DNA from: a virus
IMG/VR virus record: IMGVR_UViG_3300032287_001974
Span: 21,633-85,632 of that record
DNA: 64,000 nt
Reading direction: 5' to 3' (one strand)
The translations under genes and the position numbers were made by a program. Shown piece after piece: positions 7,563 to 17,205 of the stretch. Below the pieces are notes generated by a model. The model saw only the letters and a program-made list of their open reading frames with translations, was not told the DNA's origin and did no database searches. Each line of letters begins with the position of its first letter. Positions within the stretch are counted from its first letter, which is position 1.

Positions 7563-9086
7563 ATGCCGTACCTACGTCCCGGTGTGTACATTGAGGAAAC
7601 CCTCAATCCAAACCCACCTATCGTCGGTCCTAACTCTGACTCAGTTGCAGCCTTTGTGGGCACTTCTGACAAGGGCCCAGTGGCCGCAACTCTAGTGACC
7701 TCATGGTCACAGTTCACAAGCCTTTATGGCTCATGGAGCACAACTGCTAGCCGTAACAAGCTAATTACAGCTGTATACATGTTCTTTGCAAACGGCGGAA
7801 GCCGCTGCTACGTCAAGCGCGTTACTGCTGGAACCCCTGTTGTTGCTACCAGCACCTTCCTAGACAGCACCTCTCCAACAGCAGCCAATACTTTAACCGT
7901 AAACGCGCTTAACGCTGGTGCTTGGGGCAACGACATCTGGATTGGTATCAACACCTCATCACTTGGCTCTAGCTACTTTGATCTAACTGTCTACTACAGC
8001 AGCACTGCCTCTGCAGGTAATGCAGTTGAGCGATTCACTGACATTACTATGCTAAACAGCGACCCACGTTACGCTATCTCAGTTATTAATGGAAGTTCTG
8101 CTTACATCACTGTAGTTGACGCAAGCCCATCGGACAGCCACACAGCGAGCGACAACCCAGCCCCTACTGGAGCTGGTGGAAGCGTTCCTGTAGAGCTAGC
8201 CTCTGGTGCAGATGGCACCGCCCCTACAGATGCTAACTTGGTTTCTGCGCTGACTGCTTTTGACACCATTACTCAGAGCCTAATCCTGAACCTTCCAGGT
8301 GTTACAGGCACAACTGATGTAAACGGTGCAATCACTTACGCAGCCGGCCGTGGAGACGTGTTTGTAGTTATCGACCCTCTTGTTGATACTGTGTCAGCTC
8401 AGCTAACTCGTGCGGCTGCTTACACCAGCACTTCGTACGCAGCCGTGTACTACCCTAGCTTGGTTATTCCAGACCCAGTTAGCTCTGCACCTAACGCAAT
8501 TACAACTGTCCCGACCGGAGCCGCTGTTATGGGCCGCTATGTTGCAACAGATGCTTCTCGCGGTATTTTCAAGTCTCCTGCTGGTCTAGATGCTCGTCTT
8601 TCTGGAGTTGTCTCAGTAGCACAGTTGACTAACAGCGACCTTGACGCACTAAACAGCGCCTCGGCTCCTGTAAACGCAATCCGCTACGTACCAGGTTCTG
8701 GCATCGTGGTTATGGGTGCCCGTACCCTAAAGCCAGGATACGCAGACCGTTATGTATCGGTACGCCGTAGCCTAATCTACTTAAAGAAGAGCTTGGAAGA
8801 CCTAACTGGTTTTGCAATCTTCGAGCCAAACGACGAGCGTCTATGGAATCGACTAACTTCTACAGTAGAAACTTTCCTCACCGACTTCTGGCAACAGGGC
8901 GGTCTCCGCGGTCTAACCCCGGCAGACTCGTTCTACGTCAAGTGTGACGAGGAGAACAACACTACCAACCAAATTGACAATGGAAACGTAGTGGTCGAGG
9001 TAGGCGTTGCTCTCCAGCGTCCTGCTGAATTCGTAGTTATCCGCATTAGCCAGTACGACAGCGGCGCTGTTGTAACTATTTCCTAG
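7563..9086 (+). CDS. Contractile tail sheath protein
   Basis: YLRPGVYIEE, FFANGG, GARTL, YVSVRR, FEPND, PAEFVVIRI motifs. Confidence 0.95.
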   Translation: MPYLRPGVYIEETLNPNPPIVGPNSDSVAAFVGTSDKGPVAATLVTSWSQFTSLYGSWSTTASRNKLITAVYMFFANGGSRCYVKRVTAGTPVVATSTFLDSTSPTAANTLTVNALNAGAWGNDIWIGINTSSLGSSYFDLTVYYSSTASAGNAVERFTDITMLNSDPRYAISVINGSSAYITVVDASPSDSHTASDNPAPTGAGGSVPVELASGADGTAPTDANLVSALTAFDTITQSLILNLPGVTGTTDVNGAITYAAGRGDVFVVIDPLVDTVSAQLTRAAAYTSTSYAAVYYPSLVIPDPVSSAPNAITTVPTGAAVMGRYVATDASRGIFKSPAGLDARLSGVVSVAQLTNSDLDALNSASAPVNAIRYVPGSGIVVMGARTLKPGYADRYVSVRRSLIYLKKSLEDLTGFAIFEPNDERLWNRLTSTVETFLTDFWQQGGLRGLTPADSFYVKCDEENNTTNQIDNGNVVVEVGVALQRPAEFVVIRISQYDSGAVVTIS

Positions 9087-9097
9087 GAGGAACCTAA

Positions 9098-9697
9098 ATG
9101 GCAACCACCCAAAACGCCAAGAGTAGCATTCAACGCTTCTCTAAACTGGCTACTGATCCAATCCGTAATTTTAGATTCCTTGTGGAATTTCAGACTACCG
9201 CGGATGGCAACCCAGCTGCCAACACCTTCATGAACTTCAGTGGAGGCTTCACTCAGATTTCAGGTCTGAACATCACTACCCAGAGCATCAGCTACCGCGA
9301 AGGCGGCATGAACACGACTCTGCACCAGGTTCCTGGTCAGACCTCGTTCCAGCCAATCACCCTTCAGCGTGGTGTTATCTACGGTAAGGATGAGTCAATC
9401 AACTGGATGAAGACCCTGTTCGCAGCTGCTGCTGGCGAAGGTATCCCGGGTTCTGGCGGAAAGAACTTCCGTTGCAACCTAGTCATCTACGTCCTTGACC
9501 ACCCAATTACCGCTGACCCGCTAATCACGGCTAATGACATCGTGTCTACAAAGGCATTTAAGATGAAGTTTAAGGTACACAACGCTTGGATTCAGGCGCT
9601 GAACTTTACTGACCTTAACGCCCAAGACAACGCGCTTATGTACGAGACCATGACTCTTGTGCACGAGGGCCTTTCGGTATCTTTCGTAACTCAGTAA
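9098..9697 (+). CDS. Tail tube protein (T4 gp19-like)
   Basis: DPIRNFRFLVE, YREGG, ITLQRG, ETMTLVHEG. Confidence 0.92.
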   Translation: MATTQNAKSSIQRFSKLATDPIRNFRFLVEFQTTADGNPAANTFMNFSGGFTQISGLNITTQSISYREGGMNTTLHQVPGQTSFQPITLQRGVIYGKDESINWMKTLFAAAAGEGIPGSGGKNFRCNLVIYVLDHPITADPLITANDIVSTKAFKMKFKVHNAWIQALNFTDLNAQDNALMYETMTLVHEGLSVSFVTQ

Positions 9698-9739
9698 TAA
9701 ATTCTGGTAAACTAATAAATAACTAATTAGGAGCATTAC

Positions 9740-10543
9740 ATGTCTGAAGAGATTTTCACAAGCAATACAACGGCAATTGAATCAGCTATCGCTGAGGTCA
9801 ATGATACGCCGGAAGTAGAGATCGAAACCGTTGCACCATCTAATACTGACGTGCTGCTCCCCGGCGGATTCATCGCCGGGGACGGCTCGGTAGTAAAGTA
9901 CGCAGAAGTGCGTGAACTTAACGGAGTTGACGAAGAGGCAATTGCCAAAACCGGAACTCCAGGCAAGGCTCTCATGGCTATGCTACAGCGAGGTCTAGTG
10001 TCTCTTGGCGGCGAAAAAGCTACCAAAGAGGACCTAGACAAGATGCTTAGCGGAGACCGTGACGCAGTGCTTATTGGTATTCGTCGAGTAACCTTCGGTG
10101 ACACTATTGACTTTGAGTTCCCTTGCGAAAACTGCAAGACAGACTTAAACGTAACCGTGAACTTAGGAACTGACGTCCCTTACAAGAATCTTGAGGACCC
10201 TCAAGAGGGACGCACGTTTGTGTACCAGTCTAAGACCAGCGGTGAAATTAAAGTCTCTTTGCCTACTGGCCTTGTGCAGCGAAAGCTTCTTGAGAACATT
10301 GATAAGAGCCGACCTGAACTAAACACCATCCTTTTGGCTGGCTGTGTAGATTCAATTAACGGCAATGGTTCTCTGGGAGCTAGCTCTGTTCTAAAGCTTG
10401 GTATGAAAGACCGAGAGCAACTTGTCACTGAGATCATTACCAGAACCCCAGGCCCACGCCTTGGGGAGGTGAAGACGACCTGTGAGGCATGTGGCGAGGA
10501 TATTCCTATGCCACTGTCGTTGGCAGATTTGTTTCGTCTATAG
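9740..10543 (+). CDS. Tail assembly chaperone / baseplate hub assembly protein (T4 gp26-like)
   Basis: VRELNGVDEE, GDRDAVLIGIRRVTFG, two CxxC motifs; between tube and TMP. Confidence 0.75.
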   Translation: MSEEIFTSNTTAIESAIAEVNDTPEVEIETVAPSNTDVLLPGGFIAGDGSVVKYAEVRELNGVDEEAIAKTGTPGKALMAMLQRGLVSLGGEKATKEDLDKMLSGDRDAVLIGIRRVTFGDTIDFEFPCENCKTDLNVTVNLGTDVPYKNLEDPQEGRTFVYQSKTSGEIKVSLPTGLVQRKLLENIDKSRPELNTILLAGCVDSINGNGSLGASSVLKLGMKDREQLVTEIITRTPGPRLGEVKTTCEACGEDIPMPLSLADLFRL

Positions 10544-10691
10544 AGACGAAGATTACGAAGCACTACTCGACCAGTATGAAGCACTAACCAGATCATTTCC
10601 CGGATGGACGCTCTCTGACATCAGAGAGATGTCTGTAAGAGAACGTTTAAATTGGTTGTCTCGTGCATCCAGAAATAGGATAGGTCAGTAA
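10536..10691 (+). CDS. Small tail chaperone segment (T4 gp51-like); start uncertain
   Basis: YEALLDQYEAL..FPGWTLSDIREMSVRERLNWL; stop coupled to the TMP ATG; no convincing canonical start. Confidence 0.6.
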   Translation, partial: VYRDEDYEALLDQYEALTRSFPGWTLSDIREMSVRERLNWLSRASRNRIGQ

Positions 10692-13066
10692 TGTTAGGTT
10701 TACCGGTAGGCGGTAGCAGCCCTAAAAAGGCTAAGCTAGTCGCTGACCTTGCCGTTGAGTATACCAAGCTCAACGCTATCCTTGAAAAAACGGCAACGCT
10801 TTCTGGCACCATCTCTAAAAACCTTAAAAATTCTAAAGGTGGCGGCCCCGGCGGCGGCGCTATGCAATTTGGCAGCAGCCCGCCCCCTCCTATAGCCGGT
10901 GGCTCTCCTCCCCCAGGCAGCTCTGCTGTAGTCGGTACCGGCCCTGGTGGCGGTGGCTTAACCACTCCTGTAGGAAACACTCAATTTAAGAGCCCTGGCG
11001 CTAGCAGCATGAGCTGGAGCGAAGTAGGCAAGAATGCTATGCGCTCTGTTGCCGAGGGTATTCCCGGCGCACTTGCCGCAGGTGGCTCAGGATTTTTACA
11101 GGCTATTAACCCTAGCGATTTTGTTGCCAACGATATGGCTCGTCGATCAATGGCTTTTTACCAGGGAATGGGCGGACAAACAGGGGCCGATAAAGCCGGC
11201 AAGCAAATTGAAAATATGATGAACGCTGGAACCGCTACCAGCGCTCTAGATGGTGCTAACGCTGCCATGATGGGTGCCAGTAATGGCCTTATGCCAGGCA
11301 TAGGTGGTGGAGCATACAGTGGTGCTGCTGGCGTTTCTAACATTATGCCGGGTGTTGGCCTTGAGGGCGGTATGGAAGCTCAGGCTGCCCTTAATAAAGC
11401 TAGTTCTGTAAACAAGCTTCGTATGATCGGCATTCAAGTTCGTGACGCTAACGGTTTGCCTAGGGCCGTAGAGGATGTTGCACGTCAGCTTTGGGGCCAA
11501 CTAAAGGGCATGACCGGCGGCGACGGCCAGGGCTCTATTACTGAGGAAGACCTTACCTTTGCTTTGCAATCAGGTAACTCACTTGACTCAATGCTTAACC
11601 AATACTTTGGTAATGACCCAATTCTTCGTCAGTCAGTTATCCGCTACCTGTACCAGTTTGCTTCAGGAAAAGGCACAAGTAAAAAAGACCTAGAAAAAAC
11701 TAACGCTAACCCCGCTGTATCCCAATCAGCAGGTAGACGAAACGCTGCCGCTTACGGCGCTATTAATGCTTACACTACCAAGGGCGCGCAGGGGGTTACA
11801 GACGCTAACGATATGGTCGCTCAGCTAGCTAGAATCGCAACTTCTTTGGAATTCCTGCTGGGCCCTGTAGTCCAGTTTACTACGTTTATGCAGACGCTTA
11901 GCGGCGGAGCCAACGGCGGTATCGGAAACCTAATCGGTGGTCTTGGAAACCTAGTTGGTCCAGCCATTGGAATGGCGCTTACAAAAGCATTTGGGCCTGT
12001 AACTAACTTTTTTAAAGGCATGTTTGGCGGTGGCACGGCTGCTGCCGGAACAACTGCTGCGGGCACATCCGCTAAGGCTGGTACAGCTGCAGCCAGTAAA
12101 CTAGGCACTAGGGCAGCGGGTCTTGCGGCTGCGCCATTTATTACTAACGTCAGTAATATGATTGGCCTTGCTACTAGAGACAAGAATGTTCCGCTAACTG
12201 AAATCGAAAAAGCTACGCTACAGCATGAGTCTGGAATTAGAGCCGCAGATGCTATGTATATACCTTCGGGCAAAGATGGCAAGCCTTGGTGGGAAGACTT
12301 TGGCGGCGGCGAGGGCGGCGACGGCCAGCTTTACGGCATGGGCGATGGTGGCACCCTTGCAAGCCCTACCGATGGATACAGCAACAACATTACTAGTCGC
12401 TGGGGCGAGATCCGCCACCTAGTTATTGACGGCAAGAAGGTCACTACTAAGCCGCACGGCGGCATGGATATTGGTGTTCGTGAGGGTACATCTGTAAAGG
12501 CTGTTAAAGACGGAACAGTTATTCACACCGGATATAACCCAGACGGCTTTGGTAATAACGTTATTATTCAGCACGACGATGGTTACCAAACTGTTTACGC
12601 CCACCTTAGCTCTAAGTCAATGCAGAAGGGTGACAAGGTAACTGCTGGTCAACTTGTTGGGTTGAGCGGTAACACCGGTTTCTCTAGCGGCCCTCACTTG
12701 CACTTCCAGGTACAAAAGAACATTAATGGTAAAACTTATGACCCCGCTGCTTACCTATCCGGGTCTAAGGACGTAACGGCTTCTGGCGTACACTCAGGCA
12801 CTCCGGAAGACGCGGTTTCTAACGCGTTGTTCAGCTCTAGCGCCGGGTCTCTATTCTCTGGAGTAAAGCCCAAAGATGGCGGCGGTGGGTCTGAGTCTAG
12901 CGACCCTACTATCCTTCCAGTCGGGTCTGGCAGCCGTGGAGGAAATAACGTTACGGTAAACATCAACGTACCTGCCAGCGCTTCAATTAACGAGCAGACA
13001 CTGGCTCGGGAAGTAAAAAGAATTCTTCAGGAAGATGAACGAGTAAAGATGGCGGTAAATAGATAA
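10691..13066 (+). CDS. Tape measure protein with C-terminal M23 peptidase
   Basis: Ala/Gly-rich helical body; HGGMD, YAHL, GPHLHF M23 motifs. Confidence 0.85.
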   Translation: MLGLPVGGSSPKKAKLVADLAVEYTKLNAILEKTATLSGTISKNLKNSKGGGPGGGAMQFGSSPPPPIAGGSPPPGSSAVVGTGPGGGGLTTPVGNTQFKSPGASSMSWSEVGKNAMRSVAEGIPGALAAGGSGFLQAINPSDFVANDMARRSMAFYQGMGGQTGADKAGKQIENMMNAGTATSALDGANAAMMGASNGLMPGIGGGAYSGAAGVSNIMPGVGLEGGMEAQAALNKASSVNKLRMIGIQVRDANGLPRAVEDVARQLWGQLKGMTGGDGQGSITEEDLTFALQSGNSLDSMLNQYFGNDPILRQSVIRYLYQFASGKGTSKKDLEKTNANPAVSQSAGRRNAAAYGAINAYTTKGAQGVTDANDMVAQLARIATSLEFLLGPVVQFTTFMQTLSGGANGGIGNLIGGLGNLVGPAIGMALTKAFGPVTNFFKGMFGGGTAAAGTTAAGTSAKAGTAAASKLGTRAAGLAAAPFITNVSNMIGLATRDKNVPLTEIEKATLQHESGIRAADAMYIPSGKDGKPWWEDFGGGEGGDGQLYGMGDGGTLASPTDGYSNNITSRWGEIRHLVIDGKKVTTKPHGGMDIGVREGTSVKAVKDGTVIHTGYNPDGFGNNVIIQHDDGYQTVYAHLSSKSMQKGDKVTAGQLVGLSGNTGFSSGPHLHFQVQKNINGKTYDPAAYLSGSKDVTASGVHSGTPEDAVSNALFSSSAGSLFSGVKPKDGGGGSESSDPTILPVGSGSRGGNNVTVNINVPASASINEQTLAREVKRILQEDERVKMAVNR

Positions 13067-14520
13067 TGTCTGACGCAGGACTATATAATCTTCAGAGCTC
13101 CGCAGCTAAAAGATCTGCTAACTCTAATGACAGGGACCTAAGCCCTGCACAGTACTACGCTAATCTTGGTGTAGATCCGTCGGTAAAGCCGGGAACTCCG
13201 CAGCCAAAGATTAAGGCGGGAACGATTATTACCACAGTCGGCCCGGCAAACAACTCTATTTGGGCACTCCAGACATCAAGACACGCCGCCGGCATTCCTG
13301 TAGTACCTGCCGCTTGCTACCCAAAGGGGCATAAACTTGCTGGCGGAGTCAGCATGGGAGTTACTAAGGTCCTGTCTTACGCTGACACGCAGAACCCTAG
13401 CGTCACTAAAAACTACACCTTTGTTAACCAGTCTGTTAAGATTAAGGGCCCTGACGGCGAGTGGCTGTACTACCGCGGTTACTACATTCCTAAAGTTAAG
13501 ACTGTTGTTGCCAAGCCGAGCGTAGACAATAAGCCTATTCCACTAAAGCCAAGCAGCCCTAATGAGTATAGGTGGAACTTACCGCCTCACAAGTGGAGCC
13601 TTCCTGTACTGCCGTCTAGTGACCCTAACTTTATGCCAACTGGTTACAACCGACCTCCGTCACAAGACCGATACCGTCGTGGCCGTTTGTGGTGGAAGTC
13701 TAGTGACCCTAACCTGTCTATCGGTACCAGCACTGACAATAGCAAAAACTCTAGTGTTGCAGGAAAAGACGACGCTCACAAATACGGGTTTCAGTTCCTG
13801 TGGAACCCGGAAAAGTTTACTACCTCAGTTCAAGTAAACATGGATGCTACCCCCTCTGCACAAGACCGTTTTATTGGTGGCCCTGGTTACTTCCCAGCTA
13901 CTGAAGTTCTCTCACTGACTATCAGGATTGACAGAACTAATGACTTTGCTTGCGCAGCTAGCATGTTTGATCGCCCCACCTGGTCGGCTCCTCCTACCCT
14001 ACTTAAAAGAGATTCGGGACTGTCTCAGGACATTATTAATTTAACCAACGCAGGGCTTCTTGCAAATAACTTTGCTAAACACCAAAACTTTGTCGATAAG
14101 TCACAAGTAGCGCAGTTTATTCAGTACTACCGCGTCAACGGCAGCTTTGCTCAAGACGAAACAAATGCGTCTATCGAAGCAAAACTTATTGACCTGTATC
14201 AGCGCGGCACTTTGGCTGATATTGAGTTTTTGCTTAGAGCTATTAACGGCTCTGGACCGGGTAGCGGTAGAAACGGTAAACCGGTTACGTGGGCCAATGG
14301 TCGAGGTATTTCTACCGCCGACATTGGGTTTCTTGTTCCTACCGTTCTAAACATTGACGTTGGTCCGTTGTCTTACCAAGGTTACGTAACTAGCTTGTCA
14401 ATCGAACACGGGGCTTTCACTCAGGACATGATTCCTATTCGTTCTGACCTTACTGTTTCATTTAACCTACTGGCTACAGTCGGCCTTACCGCACCTGAGT
14501 TGGCAGGAGGAACTAAATAA
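13066..14520 (+). CDS. Putative baseplate/tube-initiator protein
   Basis: FQFLWNP and FTQDMIPIRSDL motifs of contractile-system tube initiators; position. Confidence 0.55.
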   Translation: MSDAGLYNLQSSAAKRSANSNDRDLSPAQYYANLGVDPSVKPGTPQPKIKAGTIITTVGPANNSIWALQTSRHAAGIPVVPAACYPKGHKLAGGVSMGVTKVLSYADTQNPSVTKNYTFVNQSVKIKGPDGEWLYYRGYYIPKVKTVVAKPSVDNKPIPLKPSSPNEYRWNLPPHKWSLPVLPSSDPNFMPTGYNRPPSQDRYRRGRLWWKSSDPNLSIGTSTDNSKNSSVAGKDDAHKYGFQFLWNPEKFTTSVQVNMDATPSAQDRFIGGPGYFPATEVLSLTIRIDRTNDFACAASMFDRPTWSAPPTLLKRDSGLSQDIINLTNAGLLANNFAKHQNFVDKSQVAQFIQYYRVNGSFAQDETNASIEAKLIDLYQRGTLADIEFLLRAINGSGPGSGRNGKPVTWANGRGISTADIGFLVPTVLNIDVGPLSYQGYVTSLSIEHGAFTQDMIPIRSDLTVSFNLLATVGLTAPELAGGTK

Positions 14521-14801
14521 TGACTATTCACATTGGTTCTCGATACGAAGACTCAGTAGTAGATTTTGTAGCGTTCTCTCAAGACGGGGACGCCGCTCCT
14601 ATTGTCTTCTACGAGTTTTCTGACATCGGTCAGATTCAGTACGTTGAGTACACGTGGAAAGAGGGAGACCGCCTAGACCAGGTAGCAGCTAAGTTTTACC
14701 AGTACCCCGACCACTGGTGGATCATTGCTGAATATAACCCCAACGTTACTGACCCGCAAAATATTCCCGCTGGAACAAAGTTAAGGATACCTAGTGTCTA
14801 A
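14520..14801 (+). CDS. LysM-like baseplate protein
   Basis: EGDRLDQVAAKFY..WWIIAEYNP...GTKLRIP. Confidence 0.85.
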   Translation: MTIHIGSRYEDSVVDFVAFSQDGDAAPIVFYEFSDIGQIQYVEYTWKEGDRLDQVAAKFYQYPDHWWIIAEYNPNVTDPQNIPAGTKLRIPSV

Positions 14802-16107
14802 CTTTGTAAGGCTTGATTTGCCTAATAACCAGTTTAAATTTAAGCGTGTCTACAAACTTAGTTACATGCAGGAAAACTACCACCATGATTTTGCCCGTGT
14901 CTACTTTAGAGACTGGGCAATTAGCCCTACTCAACTGAGGTCCGGTTCTCCGATGGTAATTCAGTTGCACGGTAAAAAGTTCTATGGGTATGTGCACGAC
15001 GTGCGCTCCCACCAAGATAACAACAGCAACTTTACTGAGATCGGTTTTATTGGCGCATCTTGGGTGATGAGACAGGCTAGCCAGCAAGTATACAATGACG
15101 TTACAGCTGACCAGATCGTTGTGCAAATTGCTAAGAAATACAACTTTGGATACAAAGTTACTGCGCACCCACGCGTGTTCCCGCACATTTCTCAGGGCGG
15201 GTTAACTGACTGGGAGTTCATGGTAAAGCTAGCAAAGCAGTCTGGGTATTTCTTGCGCGCCGAAAACACAGTTCTGTACTTCCAGCCCCTGCTAGAGGAC
15301 TTTGACGGCCTGATCAACGAAGCTAAAGATTTTATTAAGGCTGACGCTGGTGTTAAGTCCGGCCCCCCTTTGTATTACTTTAAGCCAATTGTAGGGGAGA
15401 CACTGGTGCACCACGGTGCAGATAAGTCAGCTGTATCAATTGCAGGTGTTAACCCAGAGACTGGTAAACTATTTAAATACACTAAACAAACCCGATCAAA
15501 GTCCACCAGAGCAAAATCTAATCCTGAAATGTTTGATAAGCACGCCACCAACGTTGTAGCTAACAGCTATGAGGCCGCCGTGTCTGAGGCAGTAGCTGCC
15601 GACAATAAAAGCCTTTTTCCTTATCAGGCTGACGCTCAGGTTATCGGTACCCCATCTTTGCGCCCCGGCATGCCTATACACCTATCTAATTTAGGAAAAG
15701 ACTTCTCCGGCTATTGGACCATTCTTCGGGTAGAGCACGAGGTTCTTGAGGAATCTCTAAACGTTCAGGTTTACAGCACTACCCTGAGCCTAGGCACAGA
15801 CTCACTTGGAGAAACCTCTAAGCCTCAATACCCTAGGCGTCCGGCCGCTAAACCTGCCCGCAACATTGTCCCTAACGTTAGGAACACCAGACTTAAGCCA
15901 GAAACCAAACTTAAAAGCAGCGGGCTCCACGTGCAGCAAACTAAAACGACTGCTTTAGTCGGACGTGTTAACCGCGCTGACCTAAAATCTAAATCATTAG
16001 TTAAGGCGGCGTGGACCTCTGTTCAGGGAAATCTGAACACCAAACAGCCGTCTCCTACATCTCCAGTGCAAAGGTTTAAGGTGAACGCTAATGCAGCACG
16101 AGGTTAG
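14794..16107 (+). CDS. Baseplate hub protein (gpD/gp27/VgrG-like)
   Basis: QGGLTDWEFMVKLA, GTPSLRPG, FSGYWTILRVEH. Confidence 0.8.
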   Translation: MSNFVRLDLPNNQFKFKRVYKLSYMQENYHHDFARVYFRDWAISPTQLRSGSPMVIQLHGKKFYGYVHDVRSHQDNNSNFTEIGFIGASWVMRQASQQVYNDVTADQIVVQIAKKYNFGYKVTAHPRVFPHISQGGLTDWEFMVKLAKQSGYFLRAENTVLYFQPLLEDFDGLINEAKDFIKADAGVKSGPPLYYFKPIVGETLVHHGADKSAVSIAGVNPETGKLFKYTKQTRSKSTRAKSNPEMFDKHATNVVANSYEAAVSEAVAADNKSLFPYQADAQVIGTPSLRPGMPIHLSNLGKDFSGYWTILRVEHEVLEESLNVQVYSTTLSLGTDSLGETSKPQYPRRPAAKPARNIVPNVRNTRLKPETKLKSSGLHVQQTKTTALVGRVNRADLKSKSLVKAAWTSVQGNLNTKQPSPTSPVQRFKVNANAARG

Positions 16108-16798
16108 GTATCCAGGTTTCTATCGGGCCGTTGTAGTAGACAATAACGACCCAAAAAACTTAGGCCGTATTAAAATGATGGTTCCGCAAGTCTCTGGCGA
16201 GAGCGTAACTGACTGGGCATGGCCTGTGCTAGGCGGCATTTCTGGGTTTAACCCTGTCTACGGTGAGTGGCAAGCAGACTACGCTCAGACGGCCGCGAGC
16301 ACTACTGCAGCCTACGCTGTGACCTTTGGGACTAATGATGGCGCATACGGCATAGACCTGGAAAACAACAGTGAAATTCACTTTAGTTTGGCCGGTATAT
16401 ACAATATCCAGTTCTCGTTTCAGTTTGAGAACACTGCTGCAGCTGACCACGATGTGACTATTTGGCTTCGTAAAAACGGCGCAGACGTGCAGGGCTCTGC
16501 CGGATTTGTAGCGGTACCCAGCAAACACGGCAGTATAAACGGGCACACAATTGCTGCGTGGAACTACGTGCTTGAGTTTGCCGCCAATGATTACTTTGAA
16601 ATTATGTGGCACGTAGATAATACTGCTGTGAGTATGCCGTACTACCCGCCCGGCACCTCGCCTACCCACCCTTCTGCAGCCAGCTCCATCCTTACCGTAG
16701 CTGCCGTAGGTAAGGTAACCCCAGCTGCCTCCGGCGGGGTTTGGGCGGCTTACGAAGGCGGAGACCCTAATTTCCCACTATGGATTGGAACATTTTAA
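16091..16798 (+). CDS. Baseplate spike (gpV/gp5 OB-fold) with inserted domain
   Basis: YRAVVVDNNDP..GRIK..VP..WAWP at N-terminus; VWAAYEGGDPNFPLWIG at C-terminus. Confidence 0.8.
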   Translation: MQHEVRYPGFYRAVVVDNNDPKNLGRIKMMVPQVSGESVTDWAWPVLGGISGFNPVYGEWQADYAQTAASTTAAYAVTFGTNDGAYGIDLENNSEIHFSLAGIYNIQFSFQFENTAAADHDVTIWLRKNGADVQGSAGFVAVPSKHGSINGHTIAAWNYVLEFAANDYFEIMWHVDNTAVSMPYYPPGTSPTHPSAASSILTVAAVGKVTPAASGGVWAAYEGGDPNFPLWIGTF

Positions 16799-17205
16799 TG
16801 GCCGGATCAGTATTTACTATACCGTTTAGCTTTAACAACATTGGCCAGACCTCGGCCACTGAGGACCCAAAGCAGTACTGGAAACAGCGAATTGTTCTGG
16901 TCTTGGCTACCCGCTTTGGTGAGCGAGTGATGCGACCCGACTTTGGCAGTGACCTGTACACCGCCCTCTTTGAAAACGAGGCTATGGCCGCTGACATAGC
17001 CCAGAGAACTATTAATATCGCCTTTAATACTTGGCTCCGTGAATTACAATTAATAGAGGTTATACCTAGCTACGACTACACCACCGGCTACCTGGATGTT
17101 TATGTCAGATACAACTTGCCTACTGGGGACGAGGACAACGTATCTATTAGTACAGCTATATTCAACCGAACCGGAGACTTGATCCAGGAGATAACTAATG
17201 GCTAA
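16798..17205 (+). CDS. Baseplate wedge protein (gp25-like)
   Basis: TRFGERVMRPDFGS. Confidence 0.9.
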   Translation: MAGSVFTIPFSFNNIGQTSATEDPKQYWKQRIVLVLATRFGERVMRPDFGSDLYTALFENEAMAADIAQRTINIAFNTWLRELQLIEVIPSYDYTTGYLDVYVRYNLPTGDEDNVSISTAIFNRTGDLIQEITNG

